From: Candidatus Hydrogenedentota bacterium
Lineage (GTDB): Bacteria; Hydrogenedentota; Hydrogenedentia; Hydrogenedentales; SLHB01
NCBI GenBank assembly: GCA_963674865.2
Contig: CAXXYE010000009.1
Span: forward strand, 1,088,001 to 1,152,000
Direction of reading: 5' to 3'
Length of the DNA: 64,000 bases
In this document: positions 1 to 10,673 of the stretch, one piece after another
How the letters are laid out: each line of letters opens with the position of its first letter
Numbering within the stretch: position 1 is the first letter of the stretch
Notes under the pieces: model-generated
The model's input: only the letters and a program-made list of their open reading frames with translations
Database searches by the model: none
Told to the model about the DNA's origin: nothing
Made by a program: the position numbers and the translations under genes

Positions 1-1
1 C

Positions 2-250
2 GATCCCGTACCTTATCGTGATGAAAAAGGGAAAGTCGTCGGATACACGTCGAAGAACATCGGCAAGCTGCCCCTTGCCGGCAAGCTTGGCCTCAAAGAC
101 GGGGACGTGGTCCAGAGCGTCAACGGCGTCGCGATTGACAGTGAAGAGAAGATTTTTGAGGTCGCTCAGAAGTTTCAGAACAGCAAGACGTTTCGCTTCG
201 GCATCCTGAGAGGAGGCCGAACGCACACCATCACGTACAGTTTGTACTAG
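2..250 (+). CDS. gspC: Type II secretion protein C, C-terminal PDZ domain (5'-truncated by window edge)
   Basis: Frame 2 is open from the window start: DPVPYRDEKGKVVGY...LGLKDGDVVQSVNGVAID...FGILRGGRTHTITYSLY* (PDZ-type GLKxGDxxxSVNG). Lies directly upstream of gspD. Not in the ORF track. Confidence 0.8.
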   Translation, partial: DPVPYRDEKGKVVGYTSKNIGKLPLAGKLGLKDGDVVQSVNGVAIDSEEKIFEVAQKFQNSKTFRFGILRGGRTHTITYSLY

Positions 251-292
251 AGGGCCGGGGATCGTTCCGGCCCGCGGAGAGAACGACGGGAG

Positions 293-2548
293 ATGAAGAT
301 CATGAATGGTGCGAGGTGTTTCCTGGGCCTGGCGGCGCTGGCGTGCCTGATTGGGGGCTCCGTATGGGCGCAAGACCCAGGCGAAGAGAGGGCGGCTCCC
401 GTTCGCCCGAGGCCACAACCGTCCGCCGAACCTGCGCCGTCCCGCAACGGGAATACCTCTCAGAACAAGACGCTTGTCACCGAGCCGATAAGCTTCAACT
501 ACGATGAAGTGCCGCTCTTCAACGTTGTCGAGGCTGTTGCCAAGATGACCGGGCGCAATTTCCTTTACGACCCCAATACGCTCCAGACTCCCGTGACAGT
601 GGTGACGCACGAAGAGATTCCGCCCGAAATGGCCCTCGAATTCCTCGAATCCTTGCTCGCCGCTCAGGGATTCCATATTATCGAAACCCTCGACGGCTAC
701 CTGATCCGCGTTGTGCAGGACAGCGCGAGCGACGGCAACGACAAACTCCCCGTCTACACGGGCGGAAAGAAGGATGTCCCGGGATTTGACCGCCTGTCTA
801 CCCACATCGTGCCCATTCACTACGGCGATGCCGAGGATCTTGCCCGATTACTCGAGCGCGTAGGCTCGGCGGCCGGACGCGTGGACGCTTATGTGAAAAC
901 CAACACCCTTATCATCACCGATACCGCCGACGGCATCCGGAATATCCTGGCCCTGCTGGAGGAACTTGATATTCCGGGCTACGACACAAGCCTGGAATTC
1001 TTCCGGCTAAACTACACTCGCGCTGAGGTCCTTGCCACGCAAATCGACGAGGTCCTTATGGGAGGCACCGGCGGCGGCGCTGGGGAAACTGGAATACGAC
1101 GGCCCACGCCTACGCGCGCCGTACGGCCTTCGCGCCGTGCGTCGGAGGAGACCTCGGTTGTTGTCGGCAGTAGGGAAGAGACCTTGCAGTTGGTGCCGGA
1201 TGAACGCCTGAACGTGCTCATCGTTCAGGCCTCGGATCCGCTAATGGAGCGCGTTCGCGACTTGGTCAAGCGTCTCGACTCGCCCACCCCCATCGAAGAC
1301 CAAAACGTGCACGTCTACGACCTGCTCTACGCCGACGCTGAACAGGTAGAAACGGCCCTGAAAGAGCTAACGGGAGCCACCACGCCGCGTCAAGGCGGCG
1401 GCCAGCAAGCCGCCGCTGCGAGCAGCGAAGTTCAGCCTTTCGAGAAAGAGGTCGTCATCACGCGCTTTGACCAGACCAACGCGCTGCTTATTGTGGCGTC
1501 CCCCCAAGACTATGACCGCATTGAGGAACTTCTCATGCGTCTCGATGTGCCCCAGCGTCAAGTCTACGTCGAAGCCACCATTATGCAGGTTTCCATCAAT
1601 GATACATACGGCTTGGAGGTCCAATCCGCTGGACTCACGGCCAACGATCTACTGGCACTCAACAACACGCTTTCCTTGGCCGAACTCCTCGCGGGCGGCG
1701 TTGGGCTGCTTACCAGCGCCGGTGGCGCGGGGACCAGTCTGGGCCTGCTTGACGGCACCGTAGACGTCACCTACCCAGACGGTGCGGGCGGCTTTGTCAA
1801 TCAGACTATCCCCAATGTGCCGCTCCTCATTAAAGCGCTCGAGTACATCACGGACACCGACATCCTATCGCGGCCTAGTCTGACCACCGTGGACAACGAG
1901 GATGCCTCCATCGTCGTCGGCCAAGAAGTGCCGTTCGTTACCGGTAGTACACGATCCCTCAATCAGTCGGCGGTCGATTCCAGCGTCTACAGCCGCGTTG
2001 ATCGTCAAGATGTGGGCGTGAAGATGACTGTTTCACCTCAGATCAGCGAGGGCGACTTCGTCATGCTCGACCTCACCGTTGAGGTATCCTCCATCGCCGC
2101 CCAGCAGGTCGGTACGGTGGACGTGTTGGGCCCGACGGTGAACAAGTCCGAGATCGAAGACCGCGTCGTCATCCGCAACGGGTCGACTGCCGTGATCGGC
2201 GGACTCATGAAGGAGACGCGCGACCGTTCGCGAACCCAGCCCCCGATTCTAGGCGATGTCCCGCTCATCGGGTGGCTGTTCCGCAACAAATCCAACATTC
2301 GCCAGAAAGACAATCTCGTTGTGCTGGTCACGCCCCACGTCGTCAAGCAGGGCATTGACCTCGCGCGGCTTACCGAACACCACATGCGTCAGTTTGAAGA
2401 CGCCAACATCGACGCCTTGTTTGAATCAGGCTTTATCAAACGCATCAAGAAGAAGCATCAGCTTCGCACCCGCTACAGCCCGACGCGGCAGAAGACCGCC
2501 GAAATTCTCGAAGGTGAGGGGTTCACGCGGGGCGATATGCAGAGGTAG
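293..2548 (+). CDS. gspD: Type II secretion system secretin GspD
   Basis: Signal peptide, N0 and N1-N3 repeats (TNTLIITD, LNVLIVQA, TNALLIVA), secretin motifs QVYVEATIMQV, IVVGQEVPF and PILGDVPLIGWLF. Confidence 0.95.
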   Translation: MKIMNGARCFLGLAALACLIGGSVWAQDPGEERAAPVRPRPQPSAEPAPSRNGNTSQNKTLVTEPISFNYDEVPLFNVVEAVAKMTGRNFLYDPNTLQTPVTVVTHEEIPPEMALEFLESLLAAQGFHIIETLDGYLIRVVQDSASDGNDKLPVYTGGKKDVPGFDRLSTHIVPIHYGDAEDLARLLERVGSAAGRVDAYVKTNTLIITDTADGIRNILALLEELDIPGYDTSLEFFRLNYTRAEVLATQIDEVLMGGTGGGAGETGIRRPTPTRAVRPSRRASEETSVVVGSREETLQLVPDERLNVLIVQASDPLMERVRDLVKRLDSPTPIEDQNVHVYDLLYADAEQVETALKELTGATTPRQGGGQQAAAASSEVQPFEKEVVITRFDQTNALLIVASPQDYDRIEELLMRLDVPQRQVYVEATIMQVSINDTYGLEVQSAGLTANDLLALNNTLSLAELLAGGVGLLTSAGGAGTSLGLLDGTVDVTYPDGAGGFVNQTIPNVPLLIKALEYITDTDILSRPSLTTVDNEDASIVVGQEVPFVTGSTRSLNQSAVDSSVYSRVDRQDVGVKMTVSPQISEGDFVMLDLTVEVSSIAAQQVGTVDVLGPTVNKSEIEDRVVIRNGSTAVIGGLMKETRDRSRTQPPILGDVPLIGWLFRNKSNIRQKDNLVVLVTPHVVKQGIDLARLTEHHMRQFEDANIDALFESGFIKRIKKKHQLRTRYSPTRQKTAEILEGEGFTRGDMQR

Positions 2549-2551
2549 ACC

Positions 2552-4288
2552 ATGCCAACCGGGCAAGAGCATCCCCTGTGCCAGATCCTCATTGAGCACG
2601 GCCACGTTCATGCTGAGCAAGTGAACGAGGCGCTCGAACTCCAGAGGATCCGGCCCAAACGCGTGGCCGAGATTCTCATGGACCTCGGCTACGTCGAAGA
2701 GGATCACGTGCTCGAAGCGTTGAGTGAGCAATTCGACATTCCCTTCGAGCGCAATATCGCCGACGATATCGATCCCGCCTTGACGACGAAGGTGCCCATC
2801 AGCTTCATTCGCGAGTATCACATGGTCCCCTACCGCCGGAATGGGGAAGCCTTCATTGTGGCGGTCAACAACCCCGTCAACCTGCTGCCCCTCGACGACC
2901 TCCGCCTGCTCCTGGGCGGGCCCGTTACGCCCGTGCTCTGCCGGATGGGAGATATCCAGCGGATCATGGACAGCTACTTCGATCAACAAGGCGCGAACGC
3001 GGCCGAGATGATCGATAGCATCACCATGGCAGATGACGAAGAAGACGTGATTTCCTCCATAGACGGCCTGGATTCGGACCGCGATCTGCTGGACCTCGCC
3101 AACGAGGCGCCGATCATCAAGTTGATCAATTTGTTCATTTCCGGTGCCGTAAAGGAGCGCGCCTCCGACATTCACGTCGAGCCCTTCGAGCGCGACGTGC
3201 GCGTCCGCTACCGGATTGACGGTGTCCTTTACGAGAAGTTCACCGTCCCCAAGTCCCAGGAGGCCGCCGTAGTCTCTCGCATCAAGATCATGGCGCGCCT
3301 GAACATCGCCGAACACCGCCTCCCTCAAGACGGCCGGATCAAGATAAAGTTGAGCGGCAAAGAGATAGACATTCGCGTTTCCATCGTTCCCATTCAGCAC
3401 GGCGAGCGAGTTGTGTTGCGTATTCTCGAGAAGGGGACGTTCCTCCTAGGGCTCGAGGAACTCGGCATGGGCCGGCACGACTACGGGATAGTCGACCGGC
3501 TTATCAAGAGTTCACACGGCATCATCCTCGTTACCGGCCCCACTGGCTCCGGCAAGTCCACCACCCTCTATGCCGCGCTGCACCGCGTCAACTCGCCCGA
3601 TATCAACATTATCACCGTCGAGGATCCGGTCGAGTACCAGATGCCCGGTGTCGGCCAGATTGAAGTCAGGCCGAAGATCGGCCTCACCTTCGCCTCGGCC
3701 CTGCGCAGTATCCTGCGGCAGGACCCCGACATCGTCCTCGTTGGGGAGATCCGCGATCAGGAAACCGCCGAAATGGCCGTCCATGCCTCCTTAACGGGCC
3801 ATCTGGTTTTTGCCACCCTCCATACGAATGACAGCGCTGGCGCGATCACCCGGCTGATCAACATGGGCATCGAGCCCTTCTTGGTTACGTCGTCGACCAT
3901 CGCCATTATGGCGCAGCGGCTCGTGCGGCGGATCTGCGAGCACTGCAAGGAGCCTTACAAGGCCGACCCCCAAAGTATTGCCGACCTGGGCCTCTCTCCC
4001 AGGGATCTCCCGGATGGACTCGTCTATCGTGGCGCAGGTTGTGAACGCTGCCAGAACCGCGGCTATTACGGACGCACCGGCATCTTTGAACTGCTGGTTA
4101 TGAATCCCGCTATTCAGGAATTGACGCTCCAGGGGGCCGATTCCAACGCGATCAAGCGCGAAGCCAAGAAGTACAAGATGCGTACCCTCCGGGAAGACGG
4201 CGCCTCGAAGGTGGTCCAGGGCGTCTCCACCATCGAAGAAGTCCTCCGGGTAACACGCGACGACCTCGTCGAGGAAGTCGCGGAGTAA
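2552..4288 (+). CDS. gspE: Type II secretion ATPase GspE
   Basis: ASDIHVEP, Walker A GPTGSGKST, TVEDPVEY, LRQDPDIVLVGEIRD, TGHLVFATLHTN, tetracysteine CEHC/CERC. Sits between gspD and gspF. Confidence 0.95.
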   Translation: MPTGQEHPLCQILIEHGHVHAEQVNEALELQRIRPKRVAEILMDLGYVEEDHVLEALSEQFDIPFERNIADDIDPALTTKVPISFIREYHMVPYRRNGEAFIVAVNNPVNLLPLDDLRLLLGGPVTPVLCRMGDIQRIMDSYFDQQGANAAEMIDSITMADDEEDVISSIDGLDSDRDLLDLANEAPIIKLINLFISGAVKERASDIHVEPFERDVRVRYRIDGVLYEKFTVPKSQEAAVVSRIKIMARLNIAEHRLPQDGRIKIKLSGKEIDIRVSIVPIQHGERVVLRILEKGTFLLGLEELGMGRHDYGIVDRLIKSSHGIILVTGPTGSGKSTTLYAALHRVNSPDINIITVEDPVEYQMPGVGQIEVRPKIGLTFASALRSILRQDPDIVLVGEIRDQETAEMAVHASLTGHLVFATLHTNDSAGAITRLINMGIEPFLVTSSTIAIMAQRLVRRICEHCKEPYKADPQSIADLGLSPRDLPDGLVYRGAGCERCQNRGYYGRTGIFELLVMNPAIQELTLQGADSNAIKREAKKYKMRTLREDGASKVVQGVSTIEEVLRVTRDDLVEEVAE

Positions 4289-4292
4289 GGCC

Positions 4293-5501
4293 ATGGCCGT
4301 TTTCCAATACCGAGCAATGGCGCCATCCGGCAGGAACGTTAAAGGCATCATCGACGCCGATTCCGCCGCTGCCGCCCGCCGCAAGCTTCGCGAGCAACAG
4401 CTCTATCCGACGGAACTCAAGGAAACGAGCGCCGTTGCCGAGGAGGCCGTTGAGGCAAGGGGGCTGAGCTACATTCGACAGCGGGACGTTGCCATCATGA
4501 CCCGGCAATTGGCCGTGTTGATCGAAGCGGGCATGCCCCTCGTCGAGGCCCTTACGGCGCTGATCGACCAGATTAGCAACGCAAGGCTCCGCCGCACCGT
4601 CTACGAGGTGCGCGACAAGGTCAATGAAGGTGCGCGCCTCGCCGATGCATTGACCTGCGCCCCCCGCGTCTTCAATGAGCTATACGTCAACATGGTGGGT
4701 GCCGGGGAGGCCAGTGGGGCGCTCGAACAGGTTCTTTTTCGCCTGGCCGACATCCTCGAACGGCAAGTTCGCTTGAAGAAGCGCGTCCAGGCGAGCATGG
4801 CCTATCCAGTTGTCATGGCCATCGTCGGCATCGCAGTAATTGTGTTTCTCATGACTGTGATTGTCCCCAAGATTGCCATCATGTTCAAGGCCCAGGGACG
4901 CGAATTGCCCACTATCACGCAGATTCTGATCACCGTGTGCAATTTCATCAGCGAGCGGTGGTGGCTACTCGTGCTTGCCGTTCTGGGTGTCCTCCTCCTC
5001 TGGCGCGCCTGGGTGGCCCGGCCCAGCGGCCGCCGCAAGTGGGATCGATTCAAGCTCGCCGTGCCGTTGCTCGGCGGCTTGTACCTCAAGCTGATTTGTG
5101 GGCGCATGGCCCGCACGATGGGCACCATGCTTGAAAGCGGCCTAACCATGATGACTGCCCTTGACGTGGTCAAGTCGGTTGTTCAGAACCGCGTGGTTGA
5201 GGAGATCATGGACGATGTCAAGAGCCAGGTTCGTCGCGGTCAAGACATCGCCGTGCCTCTCAAAGAGGCTCAACTCTTTCCACCCATGCTTATCCATATG
5301 GTTGGCCTTGGGCAGCGGAGCGGCCAGCTCGAGACGATGCTCCTCAAAGTGGCCGACACGTACGATGAAGACGTCGAGTTAACCGTCGAGGCGCTGGTGA
5401 GCCTTCTCGAGCCGCTCATGATCATCGTTATGGGCTTGTTCGTCGGATTCATGGTATTGGCGATTCTACTGCCGATATTTGATATGGGAAGCCGTGTGTG
5501 A
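4293..5501 (+). CDS. gspF: Type II secretion inner-membrane platform GspF
   Basis: RQLAVLIEAGMPL, GEASGAL, YPVVM, SLLEPLMI, with three predicted TM segments. Confidence 0.95.
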   Translation: MAVFQYRAMAPSGRNVKGIIDADSAAAARRKLREQQLYPTELKETSAVAEEAVEARGLSYIRQRDVAIMTRQLAVLIEAGMPLVEALTALIDQISNARLRRTVYEVRDKVNEGARLADALTCAPRVFNELYVNMVGAGEASGALEQVLFRLADILERQVRLKKRVQASMAYPVVMAIVGIAVIVFLMTVIVPKIAIMFKAQGRELPTITQILITVCNFISERWWLLVLAVLGVLLLWRAWVARPSGRRKWDRFKLAVPLLGGLYLKLICGRMARTMGTMLESGLTMMTALDVVKSVVQNRVVEEIMDDVKSQVRRGQDIAVPLKEAQLFPPMLIHMVGLGQRSGQLETMLLKVADTYDEDVELTVEALVSLLEPLMIIVMGLFVGFMVLAILLPIFDMGSRV

Positions 5502-5523
5502 CGTAACGGAGAGGTGCACCACT

Positions 5524-5991
5524 ATGCATACGCTGATAGCAGGAAACGCTGCCGAACGAGCCGCCAGAGCGGGGCGAGTGCTTCGTCACGAGGGCTTCAC
5601 GCTCATCGAACTGATGGTCGTCATCGTGATCATCGGAATCCTTGCGACGATTGTCGTGCCCCGGTTCATCGGCGCGTCGGACGACGCCAAGGTCACGGCC
5701 GCCATCGCGCAGATCTCGTCTTTCAAAACGGCGCTCACCCACTACAAGCTCAAGTTTGGCCAGTTCCCCTCGACCAGCGATGGGCTTGACGTCTTGATCA
5801 GCAACGGAAAACAGAACTTTCTCGATCAGGACAACATCCCAAAGGATCCCTGGGGCAACGATTACGCGTATAGCTCGCCGGGAAACCAGGGCCATGATTT
5901 CGAGATCGTCTCCTACGGCGAAGACGGCCTTCCCGGCGGCGCCGAGTACGCCGCCGATATCGAGAGCTGGAATCTCCAGGCACAACACTAG
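5524..5991 (+). CDS. gspG: Major pseudopilin GspG
   Basis: Class III signal G|FTLIELMVVIVIIGIL, PKDPWGNDY, SYGEDGLPGG...DIESW. Start moved to ATG 5524, downstream of GAGAGG. Confidence 0.93.
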   Translation: MHTLIAGNAAERAARAGRVLRHEGFTLIELMVVIVIIGILATIVVPRFIGASDDAKVTAAIAQISSFKTALTHYKLKFGQFPSTSDGLDVLISNGKQNFLDQDNIPKDPWGNDYAYSSPGNQGHDFEIVSYGEDGLPGGAEYAADIESWNLQAQH

Positions 5992-6035
5992 CCCGGGGTC
6001 GAGCCTGACCTCGGAGAACGCAGGAGCGTAAGCAT

Positions 6036-6809
6036 TTGTCTTCCCGTGAGCGGGCCATAAACGGCTACACGCTGATCGAACTCGTGATCGTCACCGCCGT
6101 GATCGCGATCATCCTGTCCGTGGCCATGCCGCGGCTCCTGCCCGCCATCGCCGTCAGCAACTTCGAGGGCGCCGCCCGCCACTTGGCCAACTTCGGGCGC
6201 AGCGCCATGGCTCATTGCACCCTCACCCACGACCGGCTCACCATCAAGATTGACCTGGACAATCAGGAGTACTGGGCCGTTCGATGGCGGCTTCTGGACG
6301 AAAAGCTCTTCGATGAGGAGGAGCCGTCCGAGGTTGATCTGTTCGGCGAGGCCACTACCTCATCACCGGACCTTGCGGCTTTGGCTGCGAGTGAGGTCGA
6401 CGTTGAACTCGAAGCCAAGCGTCTTCAGGAGCAGTTTGATCGATTCGCCCGGCTTGCCCTTGAGGCCCGGGCGGGGAACGTGAAGCAGGAAGGTATCCTG
6501 GACGATATAGGACCTCTATTCGACCACGAATTCGACCTTGATGGCTCCGGAGAGGAAGATGAATTCGAAGAGGTGAAGTCCAACTTGTTGTCGCGGACGA
6601 GCCTGCCCCGAAACGTAGCCATCGAGTCCGTGGTTGTTGGTTCCACCGAATATCTCCGCGGTACCGTTGAGATAGACGTCACCTCTCTCGGCCTGGTCGA
6701 GCCCGTCACTTGCTACGTCAAGGATGTTCAAGAGGAGTATTACACCGTCGTCTGGGATCCCATCACGGGCGGCGCTCACCTCAGTGCGGGGAAGGACGTT
6801 GAGCTATGA
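6036..6809 (+). CDS. gspH: Minor pseudopilin, GspH-like, with acidic insertion
   Basis: G|YTLIELVIV class III signal, position after gspG, TTG start with AGGAG upstream. Confidence 0.8.
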   Translation: MSSRERAINGYTLIELVIVTAVIAIILSVAMPRLLPAIAVSNFEGAARHLANFGRSAMAHCTLTHDRLTIKIDLDNQEYWAVRWRLLDEKLFDEEEPSEVDLFGEATTSSPDLAALAASEVDVELEAKRLQEQFDRFARLALEARAGNVKQEGILDDIGPLFDHEFDLDGSGEEDEFEEVKSNLLSRTSLPRNVAIESVVVGSTEYLRGTVEIDVTSLGLVEPVTCYVKDVQEEYYTVVWDPITGGAHLSAGKDVEL

Positions 6810-7210
6810 GGGCCTTCTCTTCGAGAGTTGTACCGTCATCCCAATGGGCCGACGGCGGCTTCACGCTTATCGAGGTCATGGTGGCTCTCGCCATTCTCGC
6901 CACGGCCCTCTTTGTGCTGCTCGAAGCGCACTACGCCAGTCTTCAGATGTACGATGACAGCCGTGACGAGGTTACGAAGCGCACCCTCTGGGAATGGGCC
7001 ATCGGAAAGGCCAAGCTCGAAGTGTCCGCCGGCAACTTCAGCGGATCGGGTGAATTCTCCAAGCGATTTCCCGACATGTCCTACTCATTCGAAGCCTCTC
7101 CTATCGGCGACGACACGGGCGTCCAATTGCTCGAGGTGGTCGTAAGGATTACTTCCCCCCAGGAAGAGCGCGAAATGTCCTTTTTCGCATACGACATGAG
7201 GCCCATGTGA
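6806..7210 (+). CDS. gspI: Minor pseudopilin, GspI-like
   Basis: G|FTLIEVMVALAIL, short length, and gene order H-I-J-K. Confidence 0.85.
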   Translation: MRAFSSRVVPSSQWADGGFTLIEVMVALAILATALFVLLEAHYASLQMYDDSRDEVTKRTLWEWAIGKAKLEVSAGNFSGSGEFSKRFPDMSYSFEASPIGDDTGVQLLEVVVRITSPQEEREMSFFAYDMRPM

Positions 7211-8052
7211 TGCGCAAAGGATTTACACTGCTCGAACTCCTGGTTGCCATCACGATTCTTACCATCGTGATAGGTATCATTTACGCGAGCTTCGCCACGG
7301 TTACCGCCTCCGTCTCCAGTACCCGCGTCGACGCCGAAGAACTCCGGCTCCGCCAGTTCCTCGCCCGAAGCCTCACCCAGAATCTGTCCACCGCGTATGC
7401 CGATCTCGACCACCAGCGGCTCGAGTTCGGCTTTCGCGGCGTGAACGGCGAGGATACGGAAGATAGCCAGGATAGTCTCGAATTCTGCTCCACCTCGACG
7501 CTCATCGGCGGGATGGCTTTGCCCGGCGCGCTCAAAGTGGTCCGCTACGAGGTCATTCCCCAGGAGGAATCCGAATCGCTCTTCGATGATGACGAGAATG
7601 TGAGCGAATATGCGTTGACAGCGATGTTGCAGGCTGTGGAGACCCCTCTCCTGGTCGGCGGCGATGTCGCGCTTGACGATGCGGTGGGAGAGATCGAAGA
7701 CGCCGAGTCCGCCATGGCGGAACTCGGCCTCGATTCCCCAAGTTGGAGCGTGCCGATCGGTTCCATGGAGCTCGAGTACTTCGACGGAACGGAATGGGTG
7801 GAAGAGTGGGACTCGACTGAGCTGGGGCGGTTGCCCTGGGGCGTCCACGTCAAGATCAACTTCGCCAAGACCGAGGCCCAACTCGATGCTGATGAAGAAG
7901 ACGGGCTGGACCCGGATGAGGACCCCGATTTCGAGATGTTCATCCCCGTGCCCCTTGGCGTTGGGACTATCGAGGACGGCCAGATCATTGCGGATGTCAT
8001 CCGCAGGGGAGACGATGACGACGAAAGCTCGGAGCAGGAGAGCAAGAGATGA
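7210..8052 (+). CDS. gspJ: Minor pseudopilin, GspJ-like
   Basis: G|FTLLELLVAITIL, C-terminal YFDGTEWVEEWDS...LPWGV typical of GspJ, TGATG overlap with gspI. Confidence 0.85.
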   Translation: MRKGFTLLELLVAITILTIVIGIIYASFATVTASVSSTRVDAEELRLRQFLARSLTQNLSTAYADLDHQRLEFGFRGVNGEDTEDSQDSLEFCSTSTLIGGMALPGALKVVRYEVIPQEESESLFDDDENVSEYALTAMLQAVETPLLVGGDVALDDAVGEIEDAESAMAELGLDSPSWSVPIGSMELEYFDGTEWVEEWDSTELGRLPWGVHVKINFAKTEAQLDADEEDGLDPDEDPDFEMFIPVPLGVGTIEDGQIIADVIRRGDDDDESSEQESKR

Positions 8053-9158
8053 CGCCCTCCGCGCCGGCCAAGTACACCCCTCGGAGCAGGGCGAGACGTA
8101 ATGCATCTCGTGACGAGGGCGTCGCGCTGTTGTTGTCGTTGCTGTGCATTGTCTTACTCACGGCCATCATTGTCGAGTTCAGCTACGAGATGCAGGTCGA
8201 AGCCACCTACACAGGTAACGCCTTCGACGAGTTCGAGACCCGCATCGCCGCCGAATCCGCCATCGCGCAAGGACTGGCCCTGCTCGCCGGCGACGTGACG
8301 GGCGCCGATGCTGTCGGCGCCTCAGTTGATTATGACTGTCTTGAGGACATCTGGGCTCTCGGCATTCCGTACGAGTCGATCAACAATGCCGTGTTCCAGT
8401 GCTCCGTAGACGATGAATACGGCAAACTGAACCTCAACGCTCTATATCAGCGCGATGAAGGTGGCGAGCAGGCGAGTGATGAGCCCGACGAGCGCCTCGC
8501 CGAGATACTGCGGATTCTGTTTGAAGCACGAGGCGCCGAGGAAGATCCCGTAGACGCGATTCTGGATTGGCTCGATGCGGACGACGAGCCTCAACCCGAA
8601 GGCGCTGAGAACGAGTACTATGCTTCCCTCGATGTGCCCTACCCCTGTAAGAACGGGGCCATGGATGCTGTCGAGGAGCTTCTTCTGATTCGTGGCATCA
8701 CCCCCGAGATCTTCTTTGGCGATCCCGAACTCGACGAGGTCCCGCTGACGGAGCTTCTGACGGTGCATGGGCATTCTCAAGGCCGGATCAACGCGAACAC
8801 GGCGGAAAGAGAACTCCTTGCGGCAGTGTTTGAGCAGCGTGACGGCGACGCGGGCATTGCCGATTCCATCGTCGAAGAGCGCGAAGAGCAACCGTTCGAA
8901 TCCCTGGACGATCTTGTCCGTGCAGGCTATGAAGACCAGTCCGCGGAGGAATCACAGGCCACGTCATCCCAGCCAGGCGGCGAGCAGGAAGCCGCCTATG
9001 CGCCCCTGCTCGATGTTGCCGGGCACGTGTTTCGCATTCGGGGCGATGCCCAAGGCCGTGAGGCGCATGTCCGGATCGAGGCCTACGTGTGGCGCAATGT
9101 TGCCGCGGAGGAGACTGCCGAGCCCTTCCGGGTTCTGGATTGGAGAGAGGTGCGATGA
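8049..9158 (+). CDS. gspK: Minor pseudopilin GspK
   Basis: G|VALLLSLL lacking Glu5, DEYGKLNLN, DAILDWLDAD, GAENEYY, EELLLIRGIT, GRINANTA. Confidence 0.92.
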   Translation: MTPSAPAKYTPRSRARRNASRDEGVALLLSLLCIVLLTAIIVEFSYEMQVEATYTGNAFDEFETRIAAESAIAQGLALLAGDVTGADAVGASVDYDCLEDIWALGIPYESINNAVFQCSVDDEYGKLNLNALYQRDEGGEQASDEPDERLAEILRILFEARGAEEDPVDAILDWLDADDEPQPEGAENEYYASLDVPYPCKNGAMDAVEELLLIRGITPEIFFGDPELDEVPLTELLTVHGHSQGRINANTAERELLAAVFEQRDGDAGIADSIVEEREEQPFESLDDLVRAGYEDQSAEESQATSSQPGGEQEAAYAPLLDVAGHVFRIRGDAQGREAHVRIEAYVWRNVAAEETAEPFRVLDWREVR

Positions 9159-10669
9159 AAGTTTCCGCAAGAATTGCCGCCTTCGAGTTCGCGGGCGACA
9201 CCGTCCGTCTCGCCGTCGTGAAGACGGGCGGCAAGACCCCTGTCATTCTGGAGGCCCTTGAGTCAAGGGCCCAGTACGCCGGCCCCGAAGAGCGGTTTGA
9301 TGCCCTTGTCCAAACCGTCCGGGATGTTGTTGGTAAGGTTAAGACTCGCAAGCCCGTCTACGTGCTCTCCGCTTCGAGCGCCTACAGCGTGGTTCGCGTG
9401 CTCAAAGTCCCGTTCCGCGGGGCGAAACGCGTCGCCGCCGCAGTCCGGTTCGAACTCGAACCTTACCTCGCGTTCTCTATCGAAGAACTCGTCGTGGACT
9501 TCAGTCCGATCCGCGAGAAGGACGGCGGAACGGAAGTGCTTGCGGTTGGCATGCGGCACGCGGTGCTCGCCGAACAAGTGGCTGTTCTCCGTGAGGCCGG
9601 CGTGGACCCCGAGGGCATCAACATTGATGTGGCGGGGCTGACCTCTCTTTGGCAGGCCGCACTAGGCCCGGGGGGCGGGCTGCGGGCCGCCCTGCATGTG
9701 CGCCAGGATGGAGCCATACTTTCCGTAATCGATGGCAAGTCGCTGGTGTACTTCCGACACCTTGCCGTTTCGGCCGCACAAGTGCATGCCAGTCCCAATG
9801 CGGCTGCGCGCGAGGTCCAGAACCTCATCCGCGCCTTCGTGGCCACGCGGGAGGGCGAGCAGGAGATCGCCTCCCTCACGGTCACCGGCGTGGACCTCTT
9901 CGAGGAAGAGAAGCGGCTGTTCGAGGAACATCTCCAGATTCCCGCCGACTATGTTGATTTGCTTTCCGGCGTCAAGGGGGCTCAGATCGCCCGTGAAGCC
10001 GGCCCATCTCCTGAAAGCGCCGATGAGCAATCCAACGCTTGGGAACCTGTTGTCGGTATAGCCGCGTGTGCCGCCGGCGACGGCCTTTGGTACGAGTTCC
10101 GCAAAGGACCTCTGCGCCGATCTCAGGCCTGGCGCGGTGCGATTACGCACGCAGTCTTCTCGGCCGGCTTGGCCGCACTGCTCTTGATAGGCTACGTTGG
10201 ATTCTGCTTCGCGGATTACCGCAACAGGATGAACGAAATCGAGCTTGTTGGCGAAGACATCCGCGCCATTTTCAAAGAGTGCTACCCCGGCGCGCCCGCC
10301 GTAAAGGACCCTCCTGCCAATGATTTTGGCGGGATGCAGTCCTTCCAGGCGATGGCCACCCTTCATGAGAGTTTCAGCGGCCCCGCCGAGGAGCTCCAGG
10401 TGAGTCTGTTCAGTCGCCCGACCCTGCTCGACATTCTGCTCGAATTGGCACAGAAGATGCCCGCCAAGTACGTCACACTGACGGAACTCCGCCTTCAAGG
10501 CGGCAAGACCCCCGAGCTTGTTATTGCGGGCGACGTCAACGACCCCAACGGATTTAATGAAGTCCTTCAGGCACTCAAGCAGTCCCCCCTCTTCGCAACG
10601 GTGAGTGAGCCACAGCGTCGCGCCGAGGCCGGCGGGAAATCTACTTTCGAAATACGTGCGAGGTTCTAG
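9155..10669 (+). CDS. gspL: Type II secretion protein L (actin-like cytoplasmic domain, TM, periplasmic ferredoxin-like domain)
   Basis: VRFELEPYLAFSIEELVVDF, single TM, ATGA overlap with gspK, and position in the operon. Confidence 0.8.
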   Translation: MKVSARIAAFEFAGDTVRLAVVKTGGKTPVILEALESRAQYAGPEERFDALVQTVRDVVGKVKTRKPVYVLSASSAYSVVRVLKVPFRGAKRVAAAVRFELEPYLAFSIEELVVDFSPIREKDGGTEVLAVGMRHAVLAEQVAVLREAGVDPEGINIDVAGLTSLWQAALGPGGGLRAALHVRQDGAILSVIDGKSLVYFRHLAVSAAQVHASPNAAAREVQNLIRAFVATREGEQEIASLTVTGVDLFEEEKRLFEEHLQIPADYVDLLSGVKGAQIAREAGPSPESADEQSNAWEPVVGIAACAAGDGLWYEFRKGPLRRSQAWRGAITHAVFSAGLAALLLIGYVGFCFADYRNRMNEIELVGEDIRAIFKECYPGAPAVKDPPANDFGGMQSFQAMATLHESFSGPAEELQVSLFSRPTLLDILLELAQKMPAKYVTLTELRLQGGKTPELVIAGDVNDPNGFNEVLQALKQSPLFATVSEPQRRAEAGGKSTFEIRARF

Positions 10670-10673
10670 CAAC